NCBI GenBank assembly: GCA_003344405.1
Contig: NOWV01000023.1
Location: 62,001 to 126,000, forward strand
DNA length: 64,000 nucleotides
Origin: Trichoplax sp. H2
Lineage: Eukaryota
Direction of reading: 5' to 3'
The first letter of the stretch is position 1, and every line of letters begins with the position of its first letter. A program made the position numbers and the translations under genes. Of this stretch, positions 1-14,527 are shown piece after piece. The notes beneath the pieces are model-generated. The model saw only the letters and a program-made list of their open reading frames with translations. It was not told where the DNA came from and did no database searches.

Positions 1-964
1 TGTTGCTGGCAACAAAGTAGATTAACTTGTAGATTTGCGATTAACCTTGAACTCTTCCGTTAACGATTAGAATCTATAGCGTGGCTAAGGGGCGTTTAGT
101 CCGCCTTAAGTGATTCTAGTCTCCAATGTATTCATGTTACAAAACTTTCCTAGCTACAGGATAAATGACTTAAATGAGAAATCTTCCGGAAATAATTATT
201 TCTCCATGATTTATTAAAACCATTATAATCCATAGGTAACATCGATAATTCATACGACAGAATCGCCTCTATTCTATATCAATGTTCCTTATTGTGTTAA
301 AATAGTATACAGTATGGGTAAAGGGCTGATAGATTGGTTCTCAACAATGTAAATTTATATTTAACCTATAAATTCCACACTTTGTCGATTGTTGACTGAT
401 GTCAAGATAAAAGGTCTCAGTACCAAAGGAAATAGAATTGGGTAACGGAGTGGATCATTTGTTAATTGTGAATGTCAAGTAGGAATAAATAGCGTTTATA
501 AAAATATAGTCGATTCTGAAAGGAAATACTAAGTTGATGAATCCTTTACAAGCTTGGCGAGTTTACTGTAAACACGTGGTTATACTTTAGTTGAATACTT
601 GCAATTTATGTAACTTCTAAATGTAATTAATTAGTCACTATGTTTGTATAAGCGCACAAAACTACCAGTCGGTAAATTATGCTACAAATTCAAGATTCCA
701 GCGGACTTGAAAAAATGTTACAAAATTAATCTCAAATCAGCGACTATAATGAAGCAATTTATGTCCTCTGAATAAATAGTATTGGCACAGTTTGAATCTA
801 GTATATCTAGTAAGCTAGTAAAATACTATCGACTGATGGCTATTATAAGCATATGATTAATGAACTAATTTTTTAATACAATAAACAGTTAAATATCATC
901 AGGATAGATTTGTTAACGTTAGTAATTCAATTGCTTTTGCTAATTTGTTCGATGTAATCTGCAG

Positions 965-3900
965 ACCATCCGTCAGAAATTTCCAAATCTTACTACCAGA
1001 AGACTTGGAACGCGTGGAAAATCGAAGTAAGTTATGAAATATTTTATATTCCGTTTATTTAAATTGATTTCCTTATAAATGACTTTATATCGTGTAATCG
1101 AATGACAATAGCTCATAATAGCTTTCTGATGCATTAAACAAATCGTATACAAATTATGAAACCCTGAGTCATGATGTTATAGATCACCGTTGTAAATACG
1201 TTGTATTGATCGTTATACAGTTGATAGCTTATCGTTAAGGTTATAGATTATAAAACTAATTCATTTTCCAGTAATGGCAGTTGAATAAGTTAGATACCTA
1301 ATTTATAAGAGAGCTCAAAGGTCAGATCGTGTTCTGATCATGACCGCCTCGTGTTATATGCGTGTTCTAAAATATTTTAAAATAGAACATAAAGTGATAT
1401 AAATTTAGTTCTAAGAATATACAAATAGATGCTGGTATAAAGGCGATTTACTTTTTACAATAAAGAAAGTTCGTTATGTTATCGTTTACGCATAAAGAGG
1501 AACTCTATATCGTTTCTGCCGTGAAACTTTAGGAAAAGTTCATAGTTGTCACGGGGAATTAGTCTTGATATCTAGTTCGAGATAGAAGGTATCTTCGTCA
1601 TGAGAAGAATACGAGTATAGATGCATATATTAGTAACACCCTGCAGATGAATTTTAGTCTACCAAAGCTAAGGTGCCGTGAAATAATTTCAGTTACTAAT
1701 CGTTTCATTCCTTTATTTATATCCTATGTACTTAAAACCGAATTGGATAGATATCATTATTATGGAATTGGAATCAAAGAATCCTCACCATATTATAATG
1801 GCTTGCACTCTTTTTCCGGTTTGACAAGGTAAATATGATAAAATTTATAGTTCTAAAAACATCTCAGAAGAAATTTTATACGTGTGGGCGAAAGAGCAAG
1901 TATACATCTGCTTATCTATTTATTTATGATACCAAGAATTTTTATTTCGGCTAAAATTGAATTAAAATTTTTGTTGAATAATACTGCAATTGCAAAAGTT
2001 TAGATTTCTTATTTCGTTATTTTTCTATGCAGATTTTCTGGAGGAAGAACAGCTGATCAAGTAGGTTATATAACATAATGTTAATAATTTAGTTAATTAA
2101 AGACTTTATCTACAATGATCGCATTAGTAAGGGAAAAATAGATCCCAAGGTAGCTGTTAATATTGTACCATATCTTATTTTTTAAAATTCTATTCCAATA
2201 CTATTTACTTGTAATTTAAATGTCAAATACAAGTATTAATAAGGCTCTTATTATTTTTTTATCTCAAAAATACTTATTAAAACTGGGAATGCAATTATTC
2301 CTTTAGTTTATACTACCACAATTAACAGAAGTTAGTCTTAAATTCTATCGTTCATTGGCTTTCATAGTTGCAATTGTCGATAGATTTAATTTGAATCTAA
2401 ACGTAAATCGTCAAGTAGCTAAAGTTTTCAGTTATAATGACAGAGCTTCTACTTTATTATATAGTGTATAATTCCAAAATTTTTATAATATTCTAAATTC
2501 GTAGGGCCAGTATCTTAGCGAAAATACTGGTACTTTGCTTCCCCCGTTTCCTAGCGCTAAGCGGTTAGTTTTTCCGTCAAACATTCCTACAGCCAAAGTA
2601 AGAATAAAGAAGAATAAAAACAATCACAACTAATGTACAACTCCTTTATCAAATATAATCTTTTAACATGTTAATCTTTTACTAATTGATTTATCAAGTA
2701 GTAAAATCTATCGTACGATAGAGCATAATAGCGATAAATATTTATTTACCTTATTGATATTGCCCACAATTTCAGGTGGATACATTCTTTATAATGTATA
2801 AAACGCATTGTCAATGCGTATTAAATGCGGTTATCAATGCAAACTTCGATCAGGTAAGTTATTGATTTGTCAAGATGATTTGAAAAGCGCCTACTGCTCG
2901 AATAGATATCAATCAGAAATAAATGTTTAATTTTCCTTAACTTTCTTTATTTGCAATTTTGCAGATTGATACATTTTTATGCCATTTTTGGCAAGGCATT
3001 CCAACACACTTGATATCGTTGATGAAAGAACCCGCCGTTATTGACATAGTTTGCTATTACGATCATACGTTATACAAGGTGAAAGTTTGAAGCTTTTTAA
3101 GATATTTGGAACGCCATCAGCCCTATGTGTTTCGCTATGGGCTAGATGTCAATTAAACCAGATCGTTAAGAATATTAAAATTTAATATTCATTTTTTATT
3201 TATCTCATAATTAGGTTTTAAACGACATTATGATCCCTAAAGCGATGCAAGCAGCGTCTGGACAGTATGTAGAATAATTACAAAATATTCGCACAATCTT
3301 CAGTGCGGATATTATTTCATTATGAGAATAACGATAGATGCTAGCAGTCTAAATTTCACTAGTTTTTCTACATTTAGATTTAAGTATCTTTATACCAAAA
3401 TGAAAGAAATTTCCTTTTTGCAGTAGAATGTAATAATAACTAAGTATGTTTCCATGCCAGTATTCTATCTGAAATACGGACCATGGTGAAACGATTTGAA
3501 TCTTGGGTGGTCACAGCCCTGAAAAATCTACCTGAAACTTTGTTGAAACGAAAATTAATAGGTAAAGCTATAAATATAAATTCAATATTAACAATATCTT
3601 ATGAGCCTCGCTTAATTCCAATCTACTTTCCTCACAATATAAGTATAACTAACTATCATATTTAAAACTTGAAAGTTTTGTTGCTTGTACAGTGAATTAG
3701 TCGCTAATTTCCATGACATTGCGGAATTGAAGTCAATATTTGAGTTTACGCATATCTAACATTTTCTCTATGTTGCAAAATGACGGATAAAACTGTCATT
3801 GTAGTTAGCAAATATTCCCTGCATAAGCAATCAGCATGCTGATAACTTGCTCTTAAATAGTATACCGTACCGAACACATGGTAGTGAAAGAGTTATAAAA

Positions 3901-6678
3901 TTAAATGTTCGTTTTTATAAACAATCTACTAATTTATTATTTCTATCGTAGTTGCCACTCACTTTATTCATAGCTTACGACGACAAACCTCCTTTATATT
4001 TTTGATGCTGGTAAGACAGTTTCTATTATAAACCTAACGTGGACAATCGTAATTTGATTTAGAAACAATACGCGCTACTGTTATATAAATATTCGTACGC
4101 AAATAAAATATGAACGGCTAATAAATAAAATTTTAAATAAAAATTATTTGAATTATTATTAGGAATGGCAAAGACTTTACGAAAAGCCAGAATTACAAAC
4201 TAAAATTGTCCATTGTGTCAAGGGCATCAAAGTTAAAACTAATGATATCGAACATGAATCGACTAATCAGGATACTACTATAATTTATGAAGGTAACTCA
4301 ACCATTGTATACCCGTGCACTTTATTCTGGGATAATTTTAGAACAAGGGTTCGATTTTATTTCATTTGGAGAATGAATGACTTAAAACTAATTTGAAGGA
4401 TTTATTTAGATATCTTACTCAATGAAATATTCGTAATATTATCTTTCTTCTTACATTAGTGATATCAACTTGGAAAAAGCTGATGGCCAATAAATCATCA
4501 ATAAATAGTTACATCGAATGGCTAGATGATCTTGTCAAGCACGAAGTTGCTAAGGTAGAAGATCACGATAATTACAAATCTATTACTAAACCGTATAATG
4601 GTACTATCAAAGAATGTCGGATATAGTGCTAACTATCAACATATAATATCTTCTCTTGTATATTGAAACAAAACAAGAATGGACTAATGCGATTAGACGA
4701 ATATCAACCCTACGCTTGCCATTTCTTGGCTTTATGGTCGAAAGCAACTCAATTTGTTAGTACGCGAATGAAGGGCTGCGAACCAAGTGTATGCGGTAAT
4801 GCAAAAAATTTAATAAAGCAATCTATGTAATCTCATAATAAATTATTATAGGGTATTAGTAGGATAGCATGGAAATTATTTTAGCTGCAAGTATTGCTAA
4901 TTAAAATATAAGTCCTTATATTTATTCCATATTCCAATACATTAGATGCCATTCATACTTTGAAAATGATGTTAAATGAATATCTGTGCCTTGCAATGGA
5001 ATCGAAATATTATCGAAATCTAGATTCGGATATGCAGGAAAGCTTAAACAAATATTATATGAAAGATGGTAAGTTGCTAATATTAATCTATCAAGAATAA
5101 AACGGCATAAATTCAGATAATGTTTCAATATGGTATACTGCATGTATAATTCTTATTACTTGTGCTGTTGCAGTTTTAGTTAATATATGATTTTATGAAT
5201 GGATGTAGTTTCGTTTTCTATAGCTCAATAGCTCTGAGCAATGTTAACATTATTTCCACCGGTAAATCGATTATGATTTTGTCTACTCTTACAAGTAGAG
5301 ACTTTTTATGTAGTGTTAATGTTGAGGATCTTATCATGGACTACTAAATACTTCGATGTATTTAGTAGTCTATGGTCTTACAGTATTCTTGCATGATATT
5401 TTGTCTGACATCACTAATTCTGTACTTGGAAAATGTTACAGTATTTCATGTACTAAAATAGGTTAATGTAATCGCTCGGATATAATTATTCCGTTACTAA
5501 ACATCATTACAAACAATATTTCATTTCTTCCATACTTGAAAAAGTTATAGTATTTCTATACGTCGTTATATATTACTGCAAAAAATGCTGCAATCATGTG
5601 TATCAATTAATAATATGCAAACTCACCTATAATTTTACCTTAATTTCGGTCAATTAATAATCTTTCATTGTTGGGATGTATTGGTTCACTTTTAAGCCTT
5701 AAATATATATATTTACACGCCTTAGTTTATCACAACTAACCTAAGTTCTGATATATTTTGTTCATCCAAAATCAAGACCAACTATATGAAATTCCTAGCA
5801 TTGCATCCGATGATCCATTTTTAGATCCTTCATCTGAAACTGGTACTAGTGAATCTGATATCGATGAAGAGCAATCTCATTTAGATTATACCCACGGCAA
5901 TCGATCTATGGATGACTGTTACTCAATTTCATCATCACCAGTATCAGTATCTTGCATAACTGATGATACTGAGCACACACCCGATTGTTCTTCTGCATCA
6001 GCAAGTGGCAATGTTTCTCCGCTACTACTTACCAGCTACACGGAAAAGTCGAATACCGATAATATGGAATTATCCTATCGGCAAAATTTGGACAGTATTC
6101 CAGATTTAGATAGTTATTTGGCAGTATCGATCAATAGTTCCAATCCAACCCAAACCGACCCAACGTTAGCGTGGCAAAATACAGCGTTAAAACGATCTCA
6201 GCTCCAAGATTTCGATAAATATCGTCGTCCTTTTTATCATCACTGTCATAACAGTAGTACTATGCACGTTGATGGAATGCTAACATCATCGTCTCGGGTT
6301 AATCGGAATAAAGAATTGTCGCTAACATCTACACAACAGCAATCTTTAACCGATAAAAATAGGCATAAATTAGCTTATAAAGATTCTAATTATCAAGTCA
6401 AAATCTCAACTACAGAATGTCAACCCATCTCTTATTTTGATCAAGTCTTCAGTAGTAGCAGTATTGGTGATACAAGTGATTCATTAGCGATATCAGATGA
6501 TGATATTTCCAACGAAATTGATAAATCATCTATAGATACTCTATTGTATCCTAATAGTATTGAAAATGATGATATTATTAATTCCGCTTACGATCCTTAT
6601 TTAACATATGGACAGCTACAAAATAGCAGCAGCCTTATGACGAATCAAGAAGAAATCGTCGACCTTACAAGCTGGTAG
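965..6678 (+). CDS. RFX6: RFX6-like (RFX4/6 group) winged-helix transcription factor, multi-exon, 5' part outside window
   Basis: Spliced exons encode the end of the RFX DNA-binding domain (965-1026 TIRQKFPNLTTRRLGTRGKSK; 1751-1828 YHYYGIGIKESSPYY...GLTR). B/C/dimerisation segments follow (TGTLLPPFPSAKRL, VDTFFIMYKTHCQCVLNAVINANF, SLRRQTSF, KMMLNEYLCLAME). The last exon 5777-6678 is Ser/Asp-rich. GIGIKESS and GLTRFSG match RFX6 better than RFX4 from memory. Confidence 0.88.
5334..5375. mobile_element. 42-bp palindromic mini-element with 5-bp TSD (TCTTA), in an RFX intron
   Basis: tcatggactactaaatac-ttcgat-gtatttagtagtctatgg forms an 18-bp stem with two G-T mismatches. TCTTA lies at 5329-5333 and 5376-5380. 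Confidence 0.65.
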
Positions 6679-9600
6679 ACAAATAGTCATCTTTAGCAAA
6701 TTGAAAAATTGTAACTTGCAAATTGACAAATTTTTATTTTTTTCTACTTGTCTATAATCGGCCAAATCTTTGCTCATCATATCAAAAATTTATTGTAAAA
6801 ACAAAGAAAAGTATGAACTTCAAACTGAAAAGCTTTCAGTTAGTTACCAATAAGCTTGACTTGACGTTTTAGCCTACGAGCTGCTGCTAAACCATTTAAA
6901 TACATGATAGCAGAATATAAATTCATGTTATTGTATGATAATGCAACCACGTTTGAAAACTACATGTGAAAAATTGTACTATGCTGATTTTCTTGAATTT
7001 TGGAACCTTTCCTAAATTAACAAAAGAAGACTCAAGTATTTTCTGTATTTTAATATATAACTGTATTTTATTATATGAAAATGTCTTATCCATGTTTTAC
7101 GCAGATTTCAATGAAACAAATTACATACGATCTTACTATTTTTCTATCTGCAATAAGGATTTAATATTATGATTGTTGATTGATTCATCTTATTTACAGT
7201 AATGGGGGCCTTAATGTTTAAATTCGTGGTATTTGTGTTTTAGAACTCTACTATTTTTAGAGCAACCAGATTAACGTGTTTACCCTGCCATCGGATTGCT
7301 AAGTTGTTTTAACGATATAACAATTCAGTGATTTAGCGGTAAAGAAATGAGTGTTTTACGCAGCATAAAGCCTACCAATATATTAGCTGCCATGATGACC
7401 CTCATAATATTAGATCGTAACATTAGTCCGAAGTATTAGCATGTTTTTTTCTATGAGACATGCCATTTAGACCGTGATTCTTCTATTAAGCTGAATCTAG
7501 TAAGCGGAAATGATTTTGATTGGAAATTTGGATATTATCATGAAGTAATTTCCAGATGTCAGTTCTATGATTTACAATAAAGTCAATATGAAAAATTTCA
7601 TCTTAAATAGGAACTAGTAATTAGGATAATGGTTTATATAGCATCTACTGTATTACCTGGATGCACGAAAAATTGAAATTGATAAAAATTGTTGAGCGAT
7701 TATCAAAGATTCTACTAAGCAGCAACTGACATAAAGATAATAAATATAAAATAGCAAATTCTAAAGCCTAAGGGTAAATATTGCTATTAATGTATTTTAT
7801 AAATCCTAACTTTTAATTTCTAAAGTTCCTTTATAGCCAAGATGCGAACAAATGCAAAAATGAAATTAAATATCATTGCTTACTATTAGTTCATTTCAAT
7901 GTTATACGCGTAGATTTTAAGTAAAATTCATAGCGGAGCTCGAAGTAATGAAGTAAATCAGGAGATTAGCATATTATTAAAACGGAATATGCTGTATACG
8001 AGACTTATACGAGTACTAATGTAATTAGCTAACTGCACGATTTATACGTGTAAAGGTGCCCATAGCAAAGTACACATAGTGTTATGTAATGGAACATAGT
8101 AAAATTCACTGGTTCTTTCTAAGAACTAGGCATACAATACAACGCATAAGAATACTTACACATTCTACGATTAAATTTGAGACGCCATCTGTCTAGTATT
8201 ATGATAACATTATGCTTAGCGATTAACTGAAATTCTCTAAAAGTTGCATGTGTGATCAGGATTTCAACATATAAAAGTAATGGATTAACATGCAATTTTC
8301 TCAATTACCAGTTATCGATCACATCTGTCCAACTATCTTATATGGCAATATCTATTTATCTTCTAAACCGATTTGCCCAACTATTTAATTTTTAATTTGA
8401 ATTGCAAAAGTACCGTATTCCTGTTAAGGTATAGAATACAAAATTTCAGTTCAAGCTTTCTAAATGATGCATGCTACAGCGTACAGGATGTAGATCAAAC
8501 TTCTACATATATTAATATCTATTTGAATATCCACACCGCCTGTTAATCTCACAATTCAGTTTGTCCCCATAAAGTTTGATTTTTTAGTGTTAATTTGGAA
8601 ATAATCCTATCATGAGGTGATATGTAAAACATTCAGTTTGAGCTTTTGAATCCTCCAATCTACAAAATATGTATAATGATTCATTGTCCGTACACATCAA
8701 TAGCTTTTCATTCTTTCATGCAAAACCGTTCATGATCGTAACCTTGCGGAATCAGCTATTTTATTATAAAAATTTACTCCTTATATATCAAAGGCAACTG
8801 TACTACATAGTTTTAGCTTAAAATAGTAATTAATAAGCTTGTCTTGATAATGAAATACCCGTAGTAATCGGTGAGAATATCACTTTTTTCTTGACTTATT
8901 ATCAATTGCAAAGTTACTCCATTATCTTTGAGAATGGGATATTCCAGTACTAATGAGTTGAAAAATTTATTGAATTGTTAGAAACTTAAGTTATACGTAT
9001 AAATAGGATTAGTCGTAAATCTAGAACATTATAGGAGTTACGATTGCAGTTTTGTAGCTTTACATTTCCAACTTTTAGCAAGTTGAATAAAGAATGAATT
9101 TTTATGATAAACCGATCGATAATATATGTATATATATAATATATATATGTATACAAAAATTGAATTTTATAAGATTCTTATGTCTTTTCAATAAATAAAT
9201 GTAATATCACGTTAATTATACTACCAAACGTAAGTTGAATTATACTGGACTTGCAGCAAATTATTAAACCTTCGATGCGCTAGAAATTATACCGTAACAT
9301 TTCTTTAAATTCAATTACACGAATAGTCTTCTGCTACATTACCTTAAATTTCTTAACAAAAGGTAAAGGTATATTATAAAATGATTATAACATATGCATA
9401 GATAAGTTGATCATCGTTACGTGTAAATTTCTCTTATGATACACAGTATATCATCAAGTTTAACGTTTACAAGTCCTTAGCAGAACAGTATTGCGGATAC
9501 TCGTAGGCCCACCAGCTAATAATAATCGTTTTACGAAATTCAATGGCCTACTAATAATAAAAACAGACGAAATAAAAAATGTTTATGTTGATGAACTCAA

Positions 9601-9769
9601 TGAAATTGTAAATGCCATATTGTGATAGTAAAATTATCGTAGCATAGGCTTTTAACTTATTCCAATCGAGCCGCTTGAGACTTAAGACAGTGGATAGTAA
9701 CCTATTCTTAATCTACAATCCTGTAGAATAATCATGGATTACGGTGACGAATTTACTGAAACAAAGTGA

Positions 9770-10596
9770 TTAATCAACTTTCACTACTCGTTTTGGTAAA
9801 TCAAAGACAATTGGTTTGTTGGTGGGCTTATAGTGTTGTGTACATGTAGAAGCATTAATAAATTTCGTTGTATCATTGGTGGTAACCCCATAGCCTTCAT
9901 GAATATGGCCAAAGATATGATATAAAGGTTTAACTTCCTTTTCTACAATATGTAATAAATCAACACAGCCAGCTCTGACTCTCGTTTTACAATAATCTCC
10001 ATGACCTAATGGTGGCCCATGAGTAATTAGAATGTCTGTATCAGTCGGGATTAATTTCCATTTGGAGAAGCATTCTTGACCTCGTTCTAAATTGAAACCC
10101 ATGTCGCTAAATCGTGGTTGCCACGGGGATCCATAAATTTTATAGTTATACAATTCTATAAAACTGTCTTCTAAATAAATACAGTTGGTCAATAATGATT
10201 TACACCATTGTGCAGTAGAGGCATGTCTACCGTAATCGAAAGTCTCATCTAGGCAAATTTCGTGATTTCCGGCTACGGCAACCTTGTATGCATGTGGTAA
10301 CTCGCCTACGAATGAATTAAAGCGAATAACCTCATCTACATTGCCATACATAGTAAAATCGCCTGCATGAATTAAGATATCACCATCAGGGATAAATTTA
10401 TCTGGTAGTCTAGATTGCAGTGAATGTGTATCTGATATGCACACAATGCGTATATCATTTTCCGCTTTGACGATTGGCGTTTCTAGTGTTATAGCATTTG
10501 CTATCGAGTGGTTTGTTAAAAATATTTCTTTCCAAGCCAAGTCAGGTGCCCTAGCTAGCGGATGATGCTGCAGCGATACAACTGATTTTGACGCTT
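9770..10596 (-). CDS. MPPED2: Metallophosphoesterase domain-containing protein (MPPED1/2-like); main coding exon, short first exon not located
   Basis: Calcineurin-like motifs CISDTH, HAGDFT, AGNHE, YGSPWQP, LITHGPP and IFGHIHEGYG. The frame stays open upstream of the track's TTG to a splice acceptor at 10597-10598. Confidence 0.9.
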
Positions 10597-11988
10597 CTAT
10601 GGAGAAAGTACGGAAAATAAGGTTATAATCAAAGGAAGGATTTTCTCATTTCTGTAAACAGTCCTCACATATATAATTTACCCTAAACCAGAATTCTATC
10701 TGAATTAATTTATTAGCAAAATAATCGTCAATGAATCATATAATTTATGGACTGGAAAGCTAACCAATGGATTGATAATATTAGCATAGATTGAATTAAT
10801 TGAAAGTTTTTATTTATTTAGTATGCAAGAAATGATCTAATTTAATTAGCGTAGATTGGATTTTATCGCGAATCTTACTTGTTTAGTGGACAAAAAATGA
10901 TTTAATTTGATTTCGTTAACCTGTTAAAGCTGTATGTCAGTGAACAAGCGTACTAAGAAGAGAACTGGTCATATGAGGGATTCTCTGATTTGTTCCAATA
11001 TAAAAGCTAAATGATACTATTTGTCTATGAGATAGCCACCTACTAAGAAAGGATTGTTGCCTTTTGGTCAAGAAATAGATATAGAATAGCTAATGTTAGC
11101 ATCTTGTAGTTGCTAGGCTATTGCAAAATTGAGAAAAGATTTGTATCGTGTATCTATGCTTAGCATTCCAACCACCTCTGTCTGGTTGATATTTTTAATA
11201 CTTTTCTATTTGACTTTAGTATCTATGCTGTAAATCTCGTGAACAAATTGTGCACCAATGGCCTGATTGTCCTATCGGATATCATTTATGGTCATCATCA
11301 AACGTCTGCTATTTTATCTACTATATATGTCTATGGTGAATAATCATTGGTGAACGGTTGTTGTAAATCCATGACCGGATTAACTTCGCCTACCTTCGAA
11401 TGAGGGTAAGCATACATTGCACTATCATCGATGGGCATTTTAGGGGATAATATAGAATAGAACAACGTATTGGCTATACTTTAACCTAGTCACACTCGTA
11501 TCATTCTAGCCTTTTCTAATATTACAGATAGATGAGTAAGGTAATAATGGCTAAATTCTTGTTACAACTAGTCCATACTTAATAAGAAAGTTAGAAAGTA
11601 GTGTAGTTTATTCCTAGTACAGACGAAAATCGTCATTTTTGCTTTATTTCTTACCTTTCTTATGAATGTGTGACTTGATCATACGACGCATTATAATCCT
11701 GCTACGGATACAGTGTTCTTTTTCGACTACTGGTATACGTAATAAATGGGGATAGAGTAATAGAAGAATTGAGGATTAATCCAAATGGTTCATTCAGCCT
11801 CCAATAACATGGATGGAAAATGGAAAATGAAACGATAGTAAAGTATTTTATACATTAGAATACAGGTCCCATAAGTTTTGCTTGCTTAGTAGAAACACGT
11901 TCGGTGTTGATATAGATTAGAAGATAGCTGTAATGAATATTCTGTTGGAAGTGTTGCTAATTTTAATATCTGTAAAGGACTGCATTTA

Positions 11989-14527
11989 GATTATATCATT
12001 TTAAACTTGTTAATAATATTAATATTAATGTGTTAAATAGTAGAAGTCTAGACCTAGAAAAGCCGTAAAATGACTATACGCAGGCGTAATTGCTTATGGC
12101 ATAATATCGGGGTGTGGGGTAGTTTGAATAATTAATTAATTAAATTCAGGAAAGATGAACACAATCGAAAATAAATGAGCCAAATTTAATATAATTTTAT
12201 AGTTATGTAATTTCACTAATTTTATAGCTTGATCATAATTGAACTTGTTGAATTCGATTGCGAGAATGATCAAGTTAGATACGTACTGTATTGTCATCAT
12301 AAAGTCAGCATCTGATTCAAAACACCACATTCGATCACAGCTAGTATGGGATAGTTTGCATAATTTTATGGTATAGCTCTATCTATATTGCACTACTACT
12401 GTCTTCTGCATAGAATACATATCGACAGTAGTGAGTAACTGAGCATATCATCTTAATTACTTACTGGCCAGTCAGACGTTGGCACTAGTTAGTTTATACT
12501 GGTGTTATATATAGTGTATTATATACTGACGCTACTTCGAATACTAGATCCATTCCTTACATTTATCCTTTACTCTCTCTCACTACATCTTGCGTGTTAA
12601 TAACTCCTTATCGGACTAGGGGAAATATTACAAAGTTAGCCTCCGGTTCAAATAGCGTATTAGATCACATCTAATATGAAGCAGTTGGGATAATTTTATA
12701 GATTGATCATAATTGAACTTGGCAAATTCGATTTTGAGAAAGATCAAATTACATACGAATTATCATTAGGGATCATCATGAAGTTAACATCCGCTTCAAA
12801 CCACTGCATTAGATCACATCTAATATGGAGAAATTTAGATAATATTATACTGTAGTTACATGTCACGTTCTGTAATAGTTACATAATTAGTATGTTACCT
12901 TCTTTCTATATATGGTTAAATATCACGATGTTATTATCACGTCATGCGTATATAGATGTAGTTATGGTACTATATTAAGCTTATCTACATATGTATTCTC
13001 ATGTTGCCATACTCGGTATGATATCCTATTTGTAATGCCTAAACTAGGGAAACCTTTCTCTTAGTGATGATCTTGTGATCTACGCCAGTAGATCAAAGGT
13101 CACAATAAAGAAAGTATATAAACTCATTATTTTAACAATANNNNNNNNNNNNNNNNNNNNGATTATATCATTTTAAACTTGTTAATAATATTAATATTAA
13201 TGTGTTAAATAGTAGAAATCTAGATCTAGAAAAGCCGTAAAATGACTATACGCAGGCGTAATTGCTTATGGCATAATATCGGGGTGTGGGGTAGTTTGAA
13301 TAATTAATTAAATTCAGGAAAGATGAACACAATCGAAAATAAATGAGCCAAATTTGATATAATTTTATAGTTCGATTACATTATTGAACTCGGTGATTTT
13401 GATACTAATCAATCTACATAGTATGATGAAGTTAAAATCAGCATGGGTTTGGTATGGGGTAATTTGACTAATTTTATAGCTTGATCATAATTGAACTTGT
13501 TGAATTCAATTGCGAGAATGATCAAGTTAGATACGTACTGTATTGTCATCATAAAGTCAGCATCTGATTCAAAACACCACATTCGATCACAGCTAGTATG
13601 GGATAGTTTGCATAATTTAATAGTGTAGCTCTATCTATATTGCACTACTACTGTCTTCTGCATAGAATATATATCGACAGTAGTGAGTAACTGAGCATAT
13701 CATCTTAATTACTGGCCAGTCAGACGTTGGCACTAGTTAGTTTATACTGGTGTTATATATAGTGTATTATATACTGACACTACTTCGAATACTAGATCCA
13801 TTCCTTACATTTATCCTTTACTCTCTCTCACTACATCTTGCGTGTTAATAACGCCTTATCGGACTAGGGGAAATATTACAAAGTTAACCTCCGGTTCAAA
13901 TAGCGCATTAGATCACATCTAGTATGAAGCAGTTGGGATAACTTTATAGATTGATCATAATTGAACTCGGTAAATTCGATTTTGAGAAAGATCAAATTAC
14001 ATACGAATTATCATTAGGGATCATCATGAAGTTAACATCCGCTTCAAATCACTGCATTAGATCACATCTAATATGGAGAAATTTAGATAATATTATACTG
14101 TAGTTACATCACAACTGAACTTAGCCAACTTGATTCTGAGAATGACTAAGTTACTTATTACCATTATGAAGTTAACATCTGCTTCAAAACGTTACATTAG
14201 ATCACACCTAGTACCATATGCAGTAGTTTGGATAATCTTATACTGTAGTTNNNNNNNNNNNNNNNNNNNNAGTATATAAACTCATTATTTTAACAATAAA
14301 GTTAGTTCTTCAACTTAATTACTGGGTCTCCTTGCTGAGTGCAGATCTAGTACTTGTTACAAAATTTGGAAGTTGTAACATTACATCACAACTGAACTTA
14401 GCCAACTTGATTCTGAGAATGACTAAGTTACTTATTACCATTATGAAGTTAACATCTGCTTCAAAACGTTACATTAGATCACACCTAGTACCATATGCAG
14501 TAGTTTGGATAATCTTATACTGTAGTT
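11989..14527. other. Near-identical duplicated block around N gaps (probably two haplotypes assembled in tandem)
   Basis: 11989-12860 plus 14381-14527 aligns to 13161-14250 with scattered SNPs and indels. Gaps are at 13141-13160 and 14251-14270. Sequence 13113-13140 is identical to 14271-14298. Confidence 0.85.

Noticed and set aside
11390..11438. First coding exon of MPPED
   Set aside because: The ATG-containing frames end in phase 0 or 2 at the donor, whereas the acceptor at 10596 needs phase 1.
11989..14527. True tandem segmental duplication
   Set aside because: The copies end exactly at 20-N gaps and the outer contigs overlap by 28 bp. Uncollapsed haplotypes explain this better.
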